From Antedon mediterranea (taxonomy: Eukaryota > Animalia > Echinodermata): a stretch of 64,000 nucleotides of DNA. Every line of letters starts with the position of its first letter. Within the stretch, counting starts at the first letter, position 1. This document shows, one piece after another, positions 26,878 through 38,618 of the stretch. Where the stretch lies: assembly GCF_964355755.1 (NCBI RefSeq), contig NC_092678.1, forward strand, positions 2,806,422 to 2,870,421, read 5' to 3'. The notes beneath the pieces were generated by a model. The model was given only the letters and a program-made list of their open reading frames with translations, was not told the origin of the DNA and ran no database searches. The translations under genes and the position numbers were made by a program.

Positions 26878-27885
26878 GTGTGCAATGTCACTTATCTTCA
26901 AGTCGCAAGTTTATTTGAAGAAGTTTAGTTGTGTGCAATGTCACTTATCTTCAAGTCGCAAGTTTATTTGAAGAAGTTTAGTTGTGTGCAATGTCACTTA
27001 TCTTCAAGTTGCAAGTTTATTTGAAGAAGTTTAGTTGTGTGCAATGTCACTTATCTTCAAGTTGCAAGTTTATTTGAAGAAGTTTAGTTGTGTGCAATGT
27101 CACTTATCTTCAAGTCGCAAGTTTATTTGAAGAAGTTTAGTTGTGTGCAATGTCACTTATCTTCAAGTTGCAAGTTTATTTGAAGAAGTTTAGTTGTGTG
27201 CAATGTCACTTATCTTCAAGTTGCAAGTTTATTTGAAGAAGTTTAGTTGTGGGCAATGTCACTTATCTTCAAGTTGCAAGTTTATCTGAAGAAGTTTAGT
27301 TGTGTGCAATGTCACTTATCTTCAAGTTGCAAGTTTATTTGAAGAAGTTTAGTTGTGTGCAATGTCACTTATCTTCAAGTTGCAAGTTTATTTGAAGAAG
27401 TTTAGTTGTGTGCAATGTCACTTATCTTCAAGTTGCAAGTTTATTTGAAGAAGTTTAGTTGTGTGCAATGTCACTTATCTTCAAGTTGCAAGTTTATTTG
27501 AAGAAGTTTAGTTGTGGGCAATGTCACTTATCTTCAAGTTGCAAGTTTATTTGAAGAAGTTTAGTTGTGTGCAATGTCACTTATCTTCAAGTTGCAAGTT
27601 TATTTGAAGAAGTTTAGTTGTGTGCAATGTCACTTATCTTCAAGTTGCAAGTTTATTTGAAGAAGTTTAGTTGTGTGCAATGTCACTTATCTTCAAGTCG
27701 CAAGTTTATTTGAAGAAGTTTAGTTGTGTGCAATGTCACTTATCTTCAAGTTGCAAGTTTATTTGAAGAAGTTTAGTTGTGTGCAATGTCACTTATCTTC
27801 AAGTCGCAAGTTTATTTGAAGAAGTTTAGTTGTGGGCAATGTCACTTATCTTCAAGTTGCAAGTTTATCTGAAGAAGTTTAGTTG
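26878..27885. repeat. Minisatellite, 53-bp unit, about 19 copies, just downstream of the CERK stop codon
   Basis: Unit gtgtgcaatgtcacttatcttcaagttgcaagtttatttgaagaagtttagtt. Confidence 0.96.
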
Positions 27886-27993
27886 TTCTTTGGGTTTCAG
27901 AACATAATGGAAATGTTGATCATTGTCTCAAGGTGACTAGTCTCAATACTGTCATTTTATAGCGTAATAACTTAGACTCCTAACACTAACTGT

Positions 27994-30900
27994 TCAAGTG
28001 ACTGTATTGTTTTTATTTGCTTTGCAGCAGAAGTTACAAGATGTTTTGTCTTCAAATTGTTCTATTCCTCTGGCGAACACATTGATCAGCTGACAGTGAA
28101 CACTGTAAAATAAAGAAGAGAACTCAACATTAATATAAAGGAAAAGAGAATAGTTTGGTGACTACATACTTAAAGGTTAGAATTTTAATTTTGTTTTAAT
28201 AAATGTTTATTTAATTGGTACGAAAGCCTTAAAGGTGTTCATAGGGTGTACAGGCATTTTGGTTTATGGCTGTCATTTAGCGGGAAGATGCAAGTATAGT
28301 GCTGAGGTCCCTTAAGCTGTAGCTCATCTTTTTTTTTTAACCTACTTAACATCTATCGCAGGAAGTCTGTTAATTTCTCCATCAATGTTCCAAGAGCTTG
28401 AACTAATCGTACTCGTGGAACGTGGAAGGTTGTAGCTACCCGATGACCTCCTAAATAAACCACTATCAAGGTCTAGGCTATCCATTGTAGCACTATAAGC
28501 TGGGATTGATGTCTCGTCAGGTGTCAAAGGTCGGAATTTGAACTTCTTTACACGGTGGACCTCAACGAAATTAAAATCAAACTGAAATGTATAAAAAACA
28601 AGAAATATTTTGAGCAGTATTATTGTGATACCAAGGATTATATTGGCATAATCAAGATTAAATTAAATGATTATTTGTGCTAATATTAAAAAGAAAACCA
28701 TGGTTTCTTACATGGTTGGCCGATGAACTCAATCGCATCAAATGTCTGAGGTAGTTTAATCGTGAACATTTGCGAACAACAATTAAATCGACACAACCGT
28801 TACCAAGATGTGCTGCTGGCGAGACACCGGTGGGTGATTTGTCGCACATGCCACTCACAAGGGCAGCATTCACGTACATATATTCTCCCTTGATGCTATT
28901 CCAATGATCTAAATTTTAACAAAATTACAAAGTTTTAATCATTAATTTCACGACATAACCAGACTACAAGAGCCATTATAAATGTAACCAACTAATATTT
29001 TGTTTACCAGTTTCATCAAGGTCTATTTCACCTACTCCTCCCTCTGCTTGCTGTGACCTTTGATTCGTATTTATATCTAACATAGATTTCTTCCGAGTAC
29101 ATATATTGCACCTGTAAATTGAAAACAAAATAAAATTAAAAAGTAGCCTCCAAGATATCTGATGTACTACTCAACTAACATTTAAATTTCTTCATTTCTT
29201 GTCCTTACCTCCCTTAATTATTGTTTAGTATCCATTTTCAATTTAATAATCAATAATTATTTTCATTCATATAAATAACCAACTCAACGATATAATGAAT
29301 CAAAATGATCTCAAGTTTGTCAAAGGCATTTATTTTCAATCAGCTTTTATGTATTGGAGCATTGATGCTTAACACAGTTTCTACTAAAAATGTACCTTGC
29401 TCCACAAGGGTTCTGGTCCATAGGTGAATGACCCTCATCTAAATTTGGTACATACTTCACCTCTCCATGGTATGACTTGTTCCCCATGAATTGCATGGCG
29501 CCTATTAATGAAAATATAAGACATTTTTAGAATGAAATTAAACATTTTTTTATAGTAAATTTGGTGAAATGCTTCTTTTAAGCTCTGTCTACACTATCAC
29601 ACTAGTATGACAAGTGTTATGTGCTCATTATATTCATCATGTCCATATTTGGGCACAGCACATTTTTTGTCGCATAAAGTTTGATAGTGTAGACAGAGAT
29701 TTACACTTATTAGTGTCGATATCAATAGTTGTAAATATATTGATTAGAAGGAATTTTAACTTATTTTTTTTAATAAACAAGTTTTATTCTTCATTTCAGC
29801 CTACCTGCTAATTCATATCTTTTTGGGCCGACCCATCGGTAGTTCTCGCTTTCACGCACAACATCACCGAAGAACCCATAGCCAAGAAACGAGACTGTGT
29901 ATCGTATCAACTCGTTATCATGAAACACAGAACAGACATCCATTCCAAGAGTCTCTCCTAGAAAAGGTAATTAAGATGTCATATCACTATCATATTGAGA
30001 ATATCACTACCATATTTGGGCACATCACACTTTTTTGTCAAACTAGTTTGATAGTGTAGATGGGGCTTTAGATCCAATTTAGTGGTAGATGTTTTAATAT
30101 ATTTCATTCTGAAAAAAGTAGTAATTTTTAATGAAGAGAGAAATTAAAAAAAAAAAGTCCTTGTGAATTTGTAACAATGCTAACACTTACCAAGTATTAT
30201 TTGAAGTGCTGATGTCACAGGGTCATTGTACCCTGTAGTGTCATAAACAACAACATCTGTAGAGCCTAAAAAGACAAATAAATAATGCATACAGTAAGAA
30301 AAAATTTAATTAAAATGAGTGAATTAATATTATAAAAAAACAAACAAAAATAAGATGTATGTACTTTTAAAATGCTGCCACCAAAAAATATTTGAAATAT
30401 TAATACTTTTATAGATTAAAAAAAAAAATAAAACCCATAAAAAATATGAATAAAACACACACACAAAATTGCTTAAATAAACATTTAATAGAACAATCAC
30501 CAATAAATTTTAAAATAAAGGAAAAATTCTGTTATTTTAGTTTACCAGTTTGGCTTGCAAAATGTTAATTAGCTGAAAATATAAGATTTGTTTTAAAATT
30601 ATAAATTTTTTTTTTAAAGGTATAACCAACCAACCAAGCTGCTAGGAATCCATCTTGTGCTGTGGCACGTCAATGACTTCTTCTACAGGTAAGCTTATTT
30701 ATACATTTACAACTTGGGGCTTCTTTTAAAAAATAAAATGAGTATTTGTAATTACTAGAATACATTATTCAAGGTTTTACTGTGCAGTATGTGACGACTA
30801 AACTTAAGCTCTGTCTACACTGTGATGTGCCCATATATGGAAATGGTGTGGTGTATTAATTTTATACCTGCTGGGATGATTCCAATCTTCAGTTTGGGCG

Positions 30901-33900
30901 GAATCAACTTTGACCCTTGGTCATTGATATCTATCCCAGCATCCTTTTGTGTTCGGAGTATCAACCCATTGACAACTTCAGCAAATGTACCATCCCCGCC
31001 AACGCACACAATTCTGAAAAGAAAGTACTTCCAAATTATTATTTATAATATACAGTACATACCTGTATAGGTTAAATTGTTTTTTACAAAATCCAATTTG
31101 GAGAAGAACACTTAATTTACATACTGTAATGAATAATTAAATAATTATTAATAATTTAGTTTGTTATGACATTTTGCCGCTGCATAAATTTATTACAACA
31201 TCTAGCAACATTGTCTGGGTGATGTTTAGCTTGTCAAAATAAATTATCAATGTAGTCAATAAATTAGACAACAACAATTATCCTGTTCTATTTGGATAAA
31301 GATTCTTAGAAAAACATTGCGACCTAATACTCTACACAACGTTCGCATTTTGTAATGTAAATGTGCTGAATCACCTAAGGCTAAACCAGGGTTGATTGAA
31401 ATTTTCTATTACATGTTGTCGATCAGTTGACTACCTTAGGGTAACCAAGATTCAGTCAACATGTTTCTTTTTAAATATCCCATTTAAATAAAACATCTCT
31501 TAATATGTCAATTAGTCCAGAAAAAAGTGAGGCAAAATTCTATATTTCAAACTTTATTTTCTCATCTTTAGACGAATAAAAAATAGATTTAGATTTTGTT
31601 TTAAATCTGGTTTTATCAACCCACTTAAATCAAACCACTTAAATCAAACTGCTGTGATCCTTAGTGTTCAGTATAAATAATTCTTTAGAGAACAAACATT
31701 TACACAAGGTGTTATACAAAGACTTAGGGAGTGGAATAATTATCTTACCCATCAACGTCATTGAAATCTATATCTAGCATTAGTTGCCATGCATGGTTAG
31801 CGTGTGTAGTCTCTGAAAGGAGATCAGATTGTGTTGATAAATGGCATTTAATACAATCATTCATGCTAAATGGACGTAATGAACTCAAAGTTGATTTGAT
31901 AACTGAATGTACAGTATAATGTGCTATCAGAAGTAATAATAATTATCCATAATGATTTCTTTATCATTTTATCACAACCGTGTATATATAAACAAGTAAA
32001 CGCTGTTGTAACCAGTGTATCACTATGCTTTGTACATTTACTGTGAAATATTTCAGAAGACCAATAAATAAGGACTCACCTATAACTTCAGTACTAATAC
32101 CTGCAAGCTCAAACAAAGGTGCGACCTTCTTCTGGTATATTTTAGGGGCTTTCCCTTTTCCACCATAAGGATTAACTATCACAAATATCCGTTGTGGTCT
32201 CACTGGCCCTAAAGTAAAAGTAAATCTTATTACAAAGCCCTTATTATGAAATTAATAATCTCCATTTTGAGAACAATGTTTTTTATGACGCACAACCAAT
32301 ATTTACTTTGTCATGCAATATTGTAATAAAGTTAACCGGACTTACGCTTTCTTCTTGTTTTTTAATATTTGGTTTCTATTAGCTTTTTAATTGAAATTGT
32401 AAACAACTTGCCAGTTTCAATTGATGTCTGTATACGTTTTATCCATTTATCTCTTGTTGCTGCGTCAGGACACACAAATGTTTCTGAATATAACCTCCAT
32501 TTGTTTCCCTTTTTTCTCTTCACAGAATGAACTAAAAGTGGAAGAGATGGTAACATGAGGCATTTGTTTTTGACAAAAGGTACAGTATTTTTGCATATCA
32601 CACATTTCACAATCTAATCAAGGCAATCTAACAACAGGACACTGAGCTTGCCTTGATATGAACTTGACCATTAGTCCTTTGATCTTAAGTCACAGCCACA
32701 GATAAACCCTTTGATCTCAGAGCTCATCATCCTGTTGTTAGATTTCCTTGAGTCTAATTCACACTATACTCCACATGCTTACAAATTCATATTGTAATAT
32801 CAAATCATATCAAATACATCTTGAAAATTAATTTCCTCTTCTCGAAGCAAAAAACAATTTAATTCATTTATTCGAATTAGATATACAGTAGCGTCTTAGT
32901 GTGTCTCAGAATTCTGTTTCAAGTTGAAACATTAAACTAAGTAATTAGATAATTGTAAATAAGTTCATATATCCATGAATTGTCAAAAGTGTCCTTGAAC
33001 AACTGGAAGAAAATTAATCTTACCTGAAGCACATGACTTACATACATACATATATTATACAATACAATAGATATAGATTATGAGATCCTGGTAATAAGTC
33101 AAGTTTAATATTTGTGGTTTTCACCTTTCCTGATGTACCAGTTCCCAATATGGTACAAGGTCAAAGGTCCTTTAATAATAGTAAATAATCTCAAAGTATA
33201 TCAAGGTAATTGTATTTTGACTATTGCATCCTATTGCAAACACACTGCTAGCTACTGTACATCTAAACTCAGTTAATAAGAATTTAATATTTATTTTAGT
33301 AAAATAAGAAAACAGACCTGTAAATTCTCTATTGTTTGATTGAGAAGGTTTGTCTGTTGGTCCTGCTTTTATTGCGACTATTTCGGTAAGCTTTGCTCGA
33401 TTGATGGATCGATCTGCAAAATGAAATGGCTGTTAAATTTGACGAAAGATAACATGAGCAGCTGAAGATTATAAAAACATTGTTGTCTCTGCTAATTAAA
33501 GTATCTGCGAATAGATTTGACACCATCAACCTAACCAATGACCTTGATAAGCCAATCATAGCTGCTACCTTAAGTAACACTTTTAAGTGTTGTGTATATG
33601 CCATAAGAAATGTAAATTAATTGTTTAATATTAAAAAACCCTAGGCCTCAACCCGATAAAGGCCTCACACTCACATAATTGGCAAGCGAAACACAATGAT
33701 TAAATTTAAATAACAACATAAACACCATATGGTTTGTCAACACATTAAAACTGCGCTATATGGAATAATATAAAAGAGAAGCACAACATAATACAGTTGA
33801 TTTAACATAGGATATAGTATTTCTTCCAAGTGAATTGTATAAAATACTTTGAAGACATATTTTTGGTGTACAGTATGTTCAATAATTAAGGTTTTAAATT

Positions 33901-35840
33901 TATTTTAAAGAGAATAAAAATGATGTATAAATAAATTTAAATGGACAAAATTCATAATGTTGGCAAAAACCCTCCAGTATTTGTTTTTATTATAATTAAT
34001 TATACTGGTCTAAGTGGATATATTCTTTTAACTAATAAAATGTTAACATTACCATGGATACAGTATTCAAAGTCAAAATTTTCGTATAAATTCTGCTCTG
34101 GCAAATCCAAAGAAAATTCACGCCTTTTTTCTGTTCCTAATTTAACAACCAAACATGAGAATCAGTTTGAAAATTATTATTCTAATAATATATTACGTTA
34201 ATAAAGTGAATGGCAATTTTTTTTTAATTGATAATGATACAAAATATCTTGCATTAATTAGATTATGTTAATTAATAGCAACGATTTATACTGTAGGTAG
34301 TAATTACTGTAGAAGTTACAATGTTAAGATATATAAATCCAAGGGCAAATTACTCAAAAAATGACAATGCTGACATGGGTATCAGTGGCTGGATTTCAAA
34401 GGAGATACAAAATAAAATAAGCAAAAGGCTAAAACAGCCATAAAAATGTGCAGAGCTTTCGGGCAAAACTAGACCTTCATCAATGCAAGTATATATGTAT
34501 ACACTGTCTTATTGTAATCTCAGTTTGAGTGTACACTTTGTAACCATTTAATGACTGTTTTATAGCTCAATTATTGTATAGTGAAAGGTCAAACAATGGT
34601 GTATACAATTTTGTGATGAAATAAAGGAGATGAAATAGAAATACAGTAATACGATTATAGGAAGTCCAGTAAGACACTTAAATATGCATAATTCAGGAGT
34701 GATTTATTGTGAAAACAAAGGTTTTCAATGGCTAGTGAGTAATCTGGAATACTGTACTTTTATTACTATTGAGTATTTTGCAAATTATTAAAACTATTTT
34801 ATTTTTACGCTTTTTTAAAATTAAAACATTTTATGCTGTATAAAGGGTAAAAAAATAATATTTAGTACTTTAGTCAGATGTGAAGAACTGATAATAATAA
34901 TAATATTCATATAACATATATAGTACACTAATTATACGATTAAAATTAGTATAGTATTAAAATAAATGATATCCTTTATCAGTTATAAATACTAATAGTA
35001 ATTTGTAAATGGGAAGGAATTCTAAGAAATAGCCAAGCAATTTTTACTTATTAAAGGTGTGAAGTAGGAAGGCAAAACTAAATAAAAGCACATTGTTTTT
35101 ATGAATGCAAGTGTGAATTAACAGTATAATCTTTTTGATTGATCTTTTTGTTAGGGTTACATGCTTAAAGCACTTGTGCTTATTTTGTATCCCATTCCAT
35201 TATCTTATTATTTGTATTGTATTTGTATATGTTTTTATTTTGATTATGGAATAAAAATGTCGATGAATTGAATTAACAGTATAAAAGGAACATTTTGCAA
35301 TCTGTGTTTTATTTATATATATATATGTATATGAATGTTTATTTTACTGTAGTTAGTGCGGACTTTCTATATTTAACCTCAACCACGATTTATTTATGTA
35401 TAATTTATTTTGTAAATAATTTGAGAAACCTTTTTATATAAAAAATGGTGAACTAGTTATGCTGCAAGCTAAAGCGTGTTCTTCTACAGTAAATAGTATA
35501 TTATATAAATGTGCAAAAACATTTGATTAATATAAGTTCTATTTCTAGAGTAGAAAATAAAAAAGTAGGCGTTTCCCATCATCTTCAGATAAACATCATC
35601 ATGATGTAGGCCTCATAGATAGATGCAAACATAAGTTTTCTCAACAATTTAGCAAACACTATACATGGGCCTAGGCTTAATATACACAATTTTAGATACA
35701 AAATACTAGGCCTCTGTTTTTAGTATCAAGAACTTACGTCGTAGAGCCACTTTATCCCACGTTAGCACTTTGGAATTTAAGCAGACTTCGTATGGTTGAT
35801 CGTCAATTTCCAGAACTGCGGATAGTGTTTCTAGTGCCAT
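27994..35840 (-). CDS. CERK: Ceramide kinase (PH-like N-terminus plus DAGK catalytic domain), about 545 aa, 13 coding exons
   Basis: Exons 35738-35840, 33318-33413, 32412-32531, 32080-32208, 31749-31812, 30868-31013, 30191-30265, 29805-29957, 29396-29501, 29008-29111, 28712-28908, 28346-28581, 27994-28102 (1638 nt in frame). Motifs: RPQRIFVIVNPYGGKGKA, VCVGGDGTFAEV, GIIPAGSTD, GYGFFGDV, CERK-type CxxxCxxC (CGARCNIC), AHLGNGCVDL, WNIDGE, VHCQLINVFARGIE. Confidence 0.95.
29581..29700. mobile_element. Harbinger-like MITE copy
   Basis: agctctgtctacactatc ... gatagtgtagacagagat. Confidence 0.8.
32619..32750. mobile_element. hAT-like MITE
   Basis: TIRs caaggcaatctaacaacagga / tcctgttgttagatttccttg, near-perfect 8-bp TSD aatctaat/agtctaat. 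A second, longer copy lies at about 25291-25511. Confidence 0.78.
34449..34487 (-). other. Degenerate minimal type I hammerhead-ribozyme-like motif (Penelope-type)
   Basis: Minus strand tgca-TTGATGA-aggtc-tagtttt-gccc-GAAA-gc-TC-tgca: core boxes with a C3U change, imperfect stem II, palindromic stem III and a 4-bp stem I. Confidence 0.4.
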
Positions 35841-36359
35841 GTCGATAGAAAACACCCATCATATTGTCTCCTTAACTTTATTGCTTTTTAATATACATAT
35901 TTCTAACGTTGCCAATCTATTATTTTAATGAAAATTCAATTTTTTAGAGAGACTCCTGCAATTGGTTCTGTTCTTCGTGAATGATCTTTACATACTGTGT
36001 TTGTTTTGTTTTGTTGATTACTAGACAGCCAATCAAAACGTCTTATCAGCAATCAATTAGTGACACCCTAGGTTTCTATTTATACATATTTTGATAATTA
36101 AAATCATATTATTTGACAGTTCATTAATTTTAAACAACACAAATAGATAATTTTAGGCATTAAATTACGTGTTTATAGGAATCTAGGATTGAATTATATT
36201 ATCAATATTTTTTACAACAAAAAAACGTTAAGGCATAATTTTAGTAAGTTAGGTAGGCTTGTGCGACGTAATCAGTATGGCGGATCTGAGTTTCAGAAAC
36301 TAAACATTAAAGTTCCAAGTTAAAAGTCTGTTTTAAGTCTTTCTGCTAAGTTTTTCGAT
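35841..36359. promoter_or_regulatory. Putative bidirectional promoter between CERK and TBC1D22
   Basis: Divergent start codons 520 bp apart. CCAAT boxes in both orientations (about 35912, 35961, 36029), a CRE-like gacgtaa (about 36265) and a YY1-like atggcg (about 36277). Confidence 0.65.
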
Positions 36360-38584
36360 ATGGCAAATTCAGAAAAAAGAACAACTACAATAGGTGGAGG
36401 GTTTGGCAGTACAAGTGCACCGAAAAAGGGGACGTATTGGAAGAAAGGAGCTGATAAAGTTCCAGGAAGGTAAGCCCACCCCCACCCCCTAACAGAAGAT
36501 TTTTTCGAAGGGATCGAGAGGCCTTATACCCCGATAAAGCTCAGCGGTTGACCGCCATGACGTCCTTAGGCCTAGCTTAGAAAATTTATTTCCCTCAATA
36601 AGTAATTCAAATGAATACAAATGAATAAATATATTTTCATGGCTGTGTGTAGGCCTACAGTAGGCCGAATTAAGATAAGTGTCAACTTTCGTTACTGTTT
36701 GTTTTGATGAAATAAATTAAAATTAAATAATTTTAGACCCTACCTAAAAAATAAAAGCTGTGGCTAAATAAAGATACGGTACTGTATCCTAACTTCCGTT
36801 AGGTACAGCAGGTAGGGTAAAATTGCATTGCGTCATAATCAGCCAATGGGTTGCTGGGACGTATAAGGACTTTGGATTTTTTTTCTTATTGCGTCTGTAG
36901 AGAATGCCTATCGGCAGCGCCAGGCTGCATGAATGTGTGCTCTGATTCTGTGACTCAGCCCCGGCACTAGACCTAGCAAAGTTTAACAACGGGTGACAAC
37001 GTCGATGCTGTATTAATAGAGCAAGTTTATGTGGTTGATGGACGTTACATAAAGCATTTAAAACATGCACTCAATCTCAAATATTATTCCATTACACAAC
37101 ATACAGTAGTAGTAGTATTATAGTCCGATATCTTGATACAGTAGCCAAATTAAAAGTAAAGGAATTATAATTCAATGTTGGAAATGAGATTTTGATTCCA
37201 AATGAAGTATTTAGGCCTATAATTGTTATTAATTTTGTTTACAGACACATAAACAACAAGCAAATGCGGACAATATAGGGGCCCTCAAATATTATGATTT
37301 AGACAGTAGTCCCAGGGCTTAGTCACAGACACATGCAGCTGGCCCCAGCCTGGTACTGCTTTCCCTACACAAACAAACTCATATAATGAGGCTATAGGTT
37401 ATAGTACGTAGTAGGCCTCTTTTGAAACGGTTTTGTGTATTCTAGAATTAAAATCAACTTGTTTTGGCTTTTTAATAATAACAGACGTAGGCTACATTTA
37501 GTTTTTGTCACACACGACGGTGATAGTAGCAATAAATGAAGCATAAAGAAATTTTAAGCGGTTGATCACTGTTTTCGCAATATGAAAACAAATCCAAAGT
37601 CCTTGCACAATGACGTTACACATGTACCACGTCCCCACTGGATGATTATGACGTAATGCAATTTTACCGTACCTTTAGCAAACGGAAGTTAAGATACGGT
37701 ACCGTATCTTTAGCCATGGCGAAAAGTAAACAGATTAATCAGTACTACTACTAGGCTAGTCAAGGCATAACTTTACTAGTAAGGCAGGGTAGCTATGAGA
37801 GGAGAATTCCCTTTCCGTTGGGGGAAACATCAAAAAAATTATGACAGCAGATGGTTGTACAATGTCTTAAATATTGTAAATTTGGTTGTGTGTACAGTAA
37901 GCCTTTTTGTTATATTTTAATGCAGAAAACAAGACACATAAATAAAAATTCAGTTTCTTTGTAATCCGGGAGAAAAAGCTTGTTAGGCCGGGAGACGAGT
38001 TTAGAATACACGGGTGTCCCGGCCAAAACAGGAGTGTTGGCGTCTATATAAATTAAATATATTTGCATGGAAAGGTCAAGACAGCTGTTTTAAATTGGGA
38101 TTTAAATACAGAATTTCTGTGCTGCTTATAAAATTAGTACTGCTAGGAGAAGTAAACAATAAGTTGTACTCTTATAGAATAATGTTATGAGTTTATTTAA
38201 CCCCTGAAAAAAAAAATGTAAAAGATAATTTTTTGTAAAACGTTGACCAATTTGATGCAATTATTTTCCTCAATATTTTTGTAATGCTAACATTTTAATT
38301 AATTTAAGTACATTTCACAGAAAGATTTAATGCATACAACAAAATGCTTATATACACAGTTTTGATTGCTTTTTAAGATTCAGAAATCCCATGCAAACGC
38401 TATACTACTGTCATTGTTTGTCATCTCGCAAAGATAAAACTTCTTTTTAAAATTGTGTAGCCCATATAGCTCTTTAATAATTTGAAAGCTTTTCCGTGCA
38501 CTGCTGTAATGTTTTAATATTCTGATGTACTGTAAATAGTAGAAATACTACAATTACATTATAGAAAGTAGGAAGTATTATGTT

Positions 38585-38618
<34 letters not shown>

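Noticed and set aside
33329-33604. 91-aa ORF as a CERK exon
   Set aside because: The true exon is 33318-33413 in a different frame (HRSINRAKLTEIVAIKAG...EFT).
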